Assembly (NCBI GenBank): GCA_002104945.1
Contig: MCFH01000052.1
Span: 248,001 to 312,000, forward strand
From: Piromyces finnis finn
Taxonomy: Eukaryota > Fungi > Neocallimastigomycota
Reading direction: 5' to 3'
DNA length: 64,000 nucleotides
The stretch's first letter is position 1; each line of letters opens with the position of its first letter. The notes below the pieces were generated by a model, which saw only the letters and a list, made by a program, of their open reading frames with translations, ran no database searches and had not been told where the DNA came from. The position numbers and the translations under genes were made by a program. Of the stretch, positions 61,459 to 64,000 are shown in pieces.

Positions 61459-62775
61459 CCAAAAATCTACTGAGTAGCTAGTCTTAAGGCCGGAGGGAAT
61501 TACGTGAACCTCTCTGTTCCCCATAGAAAACTACTACTACTGCATCAGTTTTAACAAAATTTAATTAATTTCAGAATTAATTAAAAATCGGAATTAACAA
61601 TACTTCAACAATATATATTAATATATTCCAATATATTATTAATATATATAAAAAAAAAATTTCACAAATATTTAATTCCAATAATTAAATAAATAACATT
61701 AATATCAAAATTTTAAATATTCAAATTATTTAAAATAAAATTAGTATTATAATACAAAAACATTATAATATAATTCAATTATAAATCCATAATCAATTAT
61801 AATATATACCAATTATATATTATAAAATAATAAAATTATAATGTATATTTCACTCATATAGAAAAACATTATATTCCAACTGCCCTGCTCTTCTGAAAGC
61901 CTTTAAAAATTTCAAAATAATCTGTGGATAATGGAATAAAAGTATCAGAAAATAAACTTTAAATAATAATAAACCTTAAGTAAGCTTTAATTAATGTGGA
62001 TATAAATGAAGAATAAAATTATTTGAAAAAGACACTGCAGCTACTATTAAAAACTATCCGGAAAATTATATATTAAAAATAAATTAATGGAGGACAATAA
62101 AAATTAAACATGCATATAAAGAAAGAAAAAAGAAAATCCTAAGAAGAAGAAGAAGTAATAAAATGAAGAACTTTAATTACTTATAAAATTTAATTCTTTA
62201 TCTATTATTTTTCCTTTCGTAACTTCAAGGGACGAAGTTATATCTTAAGGGCGAAGATATTGATAAATAATTAAATTTATAAATTATAAATTAATAATAA
62301 TAATAATAATAATTAAAATATAGATAAAAATTTAAAATATTTAACATGTATAAAATTATTAAATTAAAAATTATAAATGTAAACTTTTTGTTTATTTAAT
62401 TGTTTATTTCTTTTTAAATTAAATAGTTTATATTTGTTTATAATTATATCTTAAAATAATAATTTTGTATAAATAGTGATAGAATTACTTATTTTTAAAA
62501 AAATGTTCCTAATAATCCAGAAAAATTAGATAATAATATTAAATTTATTAAAATAATACTTATAATTATATTCACATACATACCGAGATGTATTCATAAT
62601 AAAATATATATTTAATAATACTAGAGTTATTAAATATCAAAATTTATAATTAAATAAACTATATTTTATAAAACTAACTAATACTTGAAAATGAACAAGT
62701 ATAAAAATCATTTATTTTTATTTTCTTTAAATTTTATTTATTAAATATTATTTTTTAGATACAAATATTATCACT

Positions 62776-64000
62776 TGTAAAAGTTTTACTAAACTTATAA
62801 TTTAATATTAAAATATCAAATTAAATAAAAGGTTAAAAGATAACTAGGTTAGAAAAAAAAAATGTTTTATTAAAATAATCTTAATTGATTTATAAATGAA
62901 TAATTAAATTATATATTATGGTTAAAATAATTTCTTTTATTTTATTTAATGATATATTGCTAAAATATATAATAATAAGATTATTTAGTAGTAATACTCA
63001 TTAAGTATTAATTATTATTAATAGTTAATAATCTATAGTTAATAATCTTTAGTTAATAATTTATAGTTAATAATTTTTGGTTAATAATTTATAGTTAATA
63101 ATTTATAGTTAATAATTTAATAATTTATGGTTAATAATTTTTGGTTAATAATTTATAGTTAATAATTTATAGTTAATAATTTAATAATTTATGGTTAATA
63201 ATTTTTGGTTAATAATTTATAGTTAATAATTTATAGTTAATAATTTAATAATTTATGGTTAATAATTTTTGGTTAATAATCTTTACAAAGATTTTAATTT
63301 CATAAACTATTCTAAACTATTTATACTATTTGTAATTTTACATTTAATAATAAAATAACTTTTCAATACATGATTATATTCATAATATATTTTATAATAC
63401 TTAAACTAAACTTAAGACTTATTCCTAATTATTAAAAAATAACTATTGTTTATATATTTATAATATTAATTATTTCTTAATTATAATATAATTCATTGAA
63501 TATAATATTAATAATTATAATCCTCTAGTTCAAAGATTATAAATTATGTTATTGAAATAATTATTATAAAATAAAGTTAATTAGTTCCGGAAAATAATTT
63601 TAATTTAATTAAACAATAATTTTTATACTTTGAGTGAATGATTTATGTTTGATATATCAGGGGTGATCATTCTCTGAATAAACAATTAATCATTGCTAAC
63701 AAAATATCTTTAAATTGGAATATCTCGTGAACCAGCAGAGATATTGACCTGATTTTAAGATATGTTGTTTGTCTCGAGCGTGGCTTTCTAACGAACGTAA
63801 TTATAACCAAAATATTTTTATTCAAAAATCGTCATTCGTTGAGGAGATACGCGTGTTTTTCCTTATTCCATTTTAACGATAAGGGTTAAAGTTATTTATT
63901 ATAAAAATTACTAAGGGTTAAGGTCATATTTTAACCTTTCCTAAATTTTTAAATATTTCTTAATAAAATTTTATAATTTATTTGAAAATAAAATATTTGT
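62776..64000 (-). mobile_element. LTR-B running off the window end
   Basis: Starts TGTAAAAGTTTTAC after TCACT (62771-62775); near-identical to 56879-58027. Confidence 0.9.
63021..63285. repeat. 14-bp minisatellite with 64-bp higher-order unit in LTR-B
   Basis: GTTAATAATTTATA units; TTTTTGG recurs every 64 bp; shorter arrays in the other LTR-B copies. Confidence 0.85.

Larger units (their letters stand above)
60869..64000 (+). mobile_element. Non-coding miniature LTR retroelement (TRIM-like) with family-G LTRs
   Basis: 5' LTR 60869-61445, PBS 61448-61458, 815-bp internal region without ORF, PPT AAGGGCGAAGATAT, 3' LTR from 62261 interrupted at TCACT. Confidence 0.8.

Noticed and set aside
56879-64000. 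CRISPR-like array
   Set aside because: Repeats are tandem minisatellites or TSDs without unique spacers, in a eukaryotic context.

Overview
Very AT-rich eukaryotic DNA (composition and retroelement types fit an anaerobic gut fungus, Neocallimastigomycota; inference only). No host protein gene is recognisable. The only host gene is one tRNA-Ser(TGA) at 21041-21122. The rest is a nest of LTR retrotransposons: an intact Ty3/Gypsy chromovirus (Gypsy-3, 39224-45024), an intact Ty1/Copia (Copia-1, 49653-55447), decayed elements (Gypsy-1, Gypsy-2, Copia-2, Copia-3, two Copia-1 relics), a small non-coding LTR element, and about 25 solo or partial LTRs from about ten families (my labels A-K), most delimited by TG...CA ends and target-site duplications (TSDs). 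Main result: insertions are not random. All 11 placeable insertions of LTR families A/B/C/D lie 42-47 nt inside a terminus of an older LTR. At two sites (TCACT, TCGTG), different families landed on exactly the same 5 bp and form stacks separated by one TSD copy. A second group (TGA...TCA ends, 4-bp TSD) stacks end-to-end. Other signals: Tf1-like self-priming in two Gypsy lineages, a primer site complementary to the tRNA-Lys(CUU) anticodon arm in two Copia families, a tRNA-like A/B-box in the Gypsy-3 LTR, and an RNase H fused to a coiled coil instead of integrase. All alignments were done by eye; boundaries of old LTRs may be off by a few nt.
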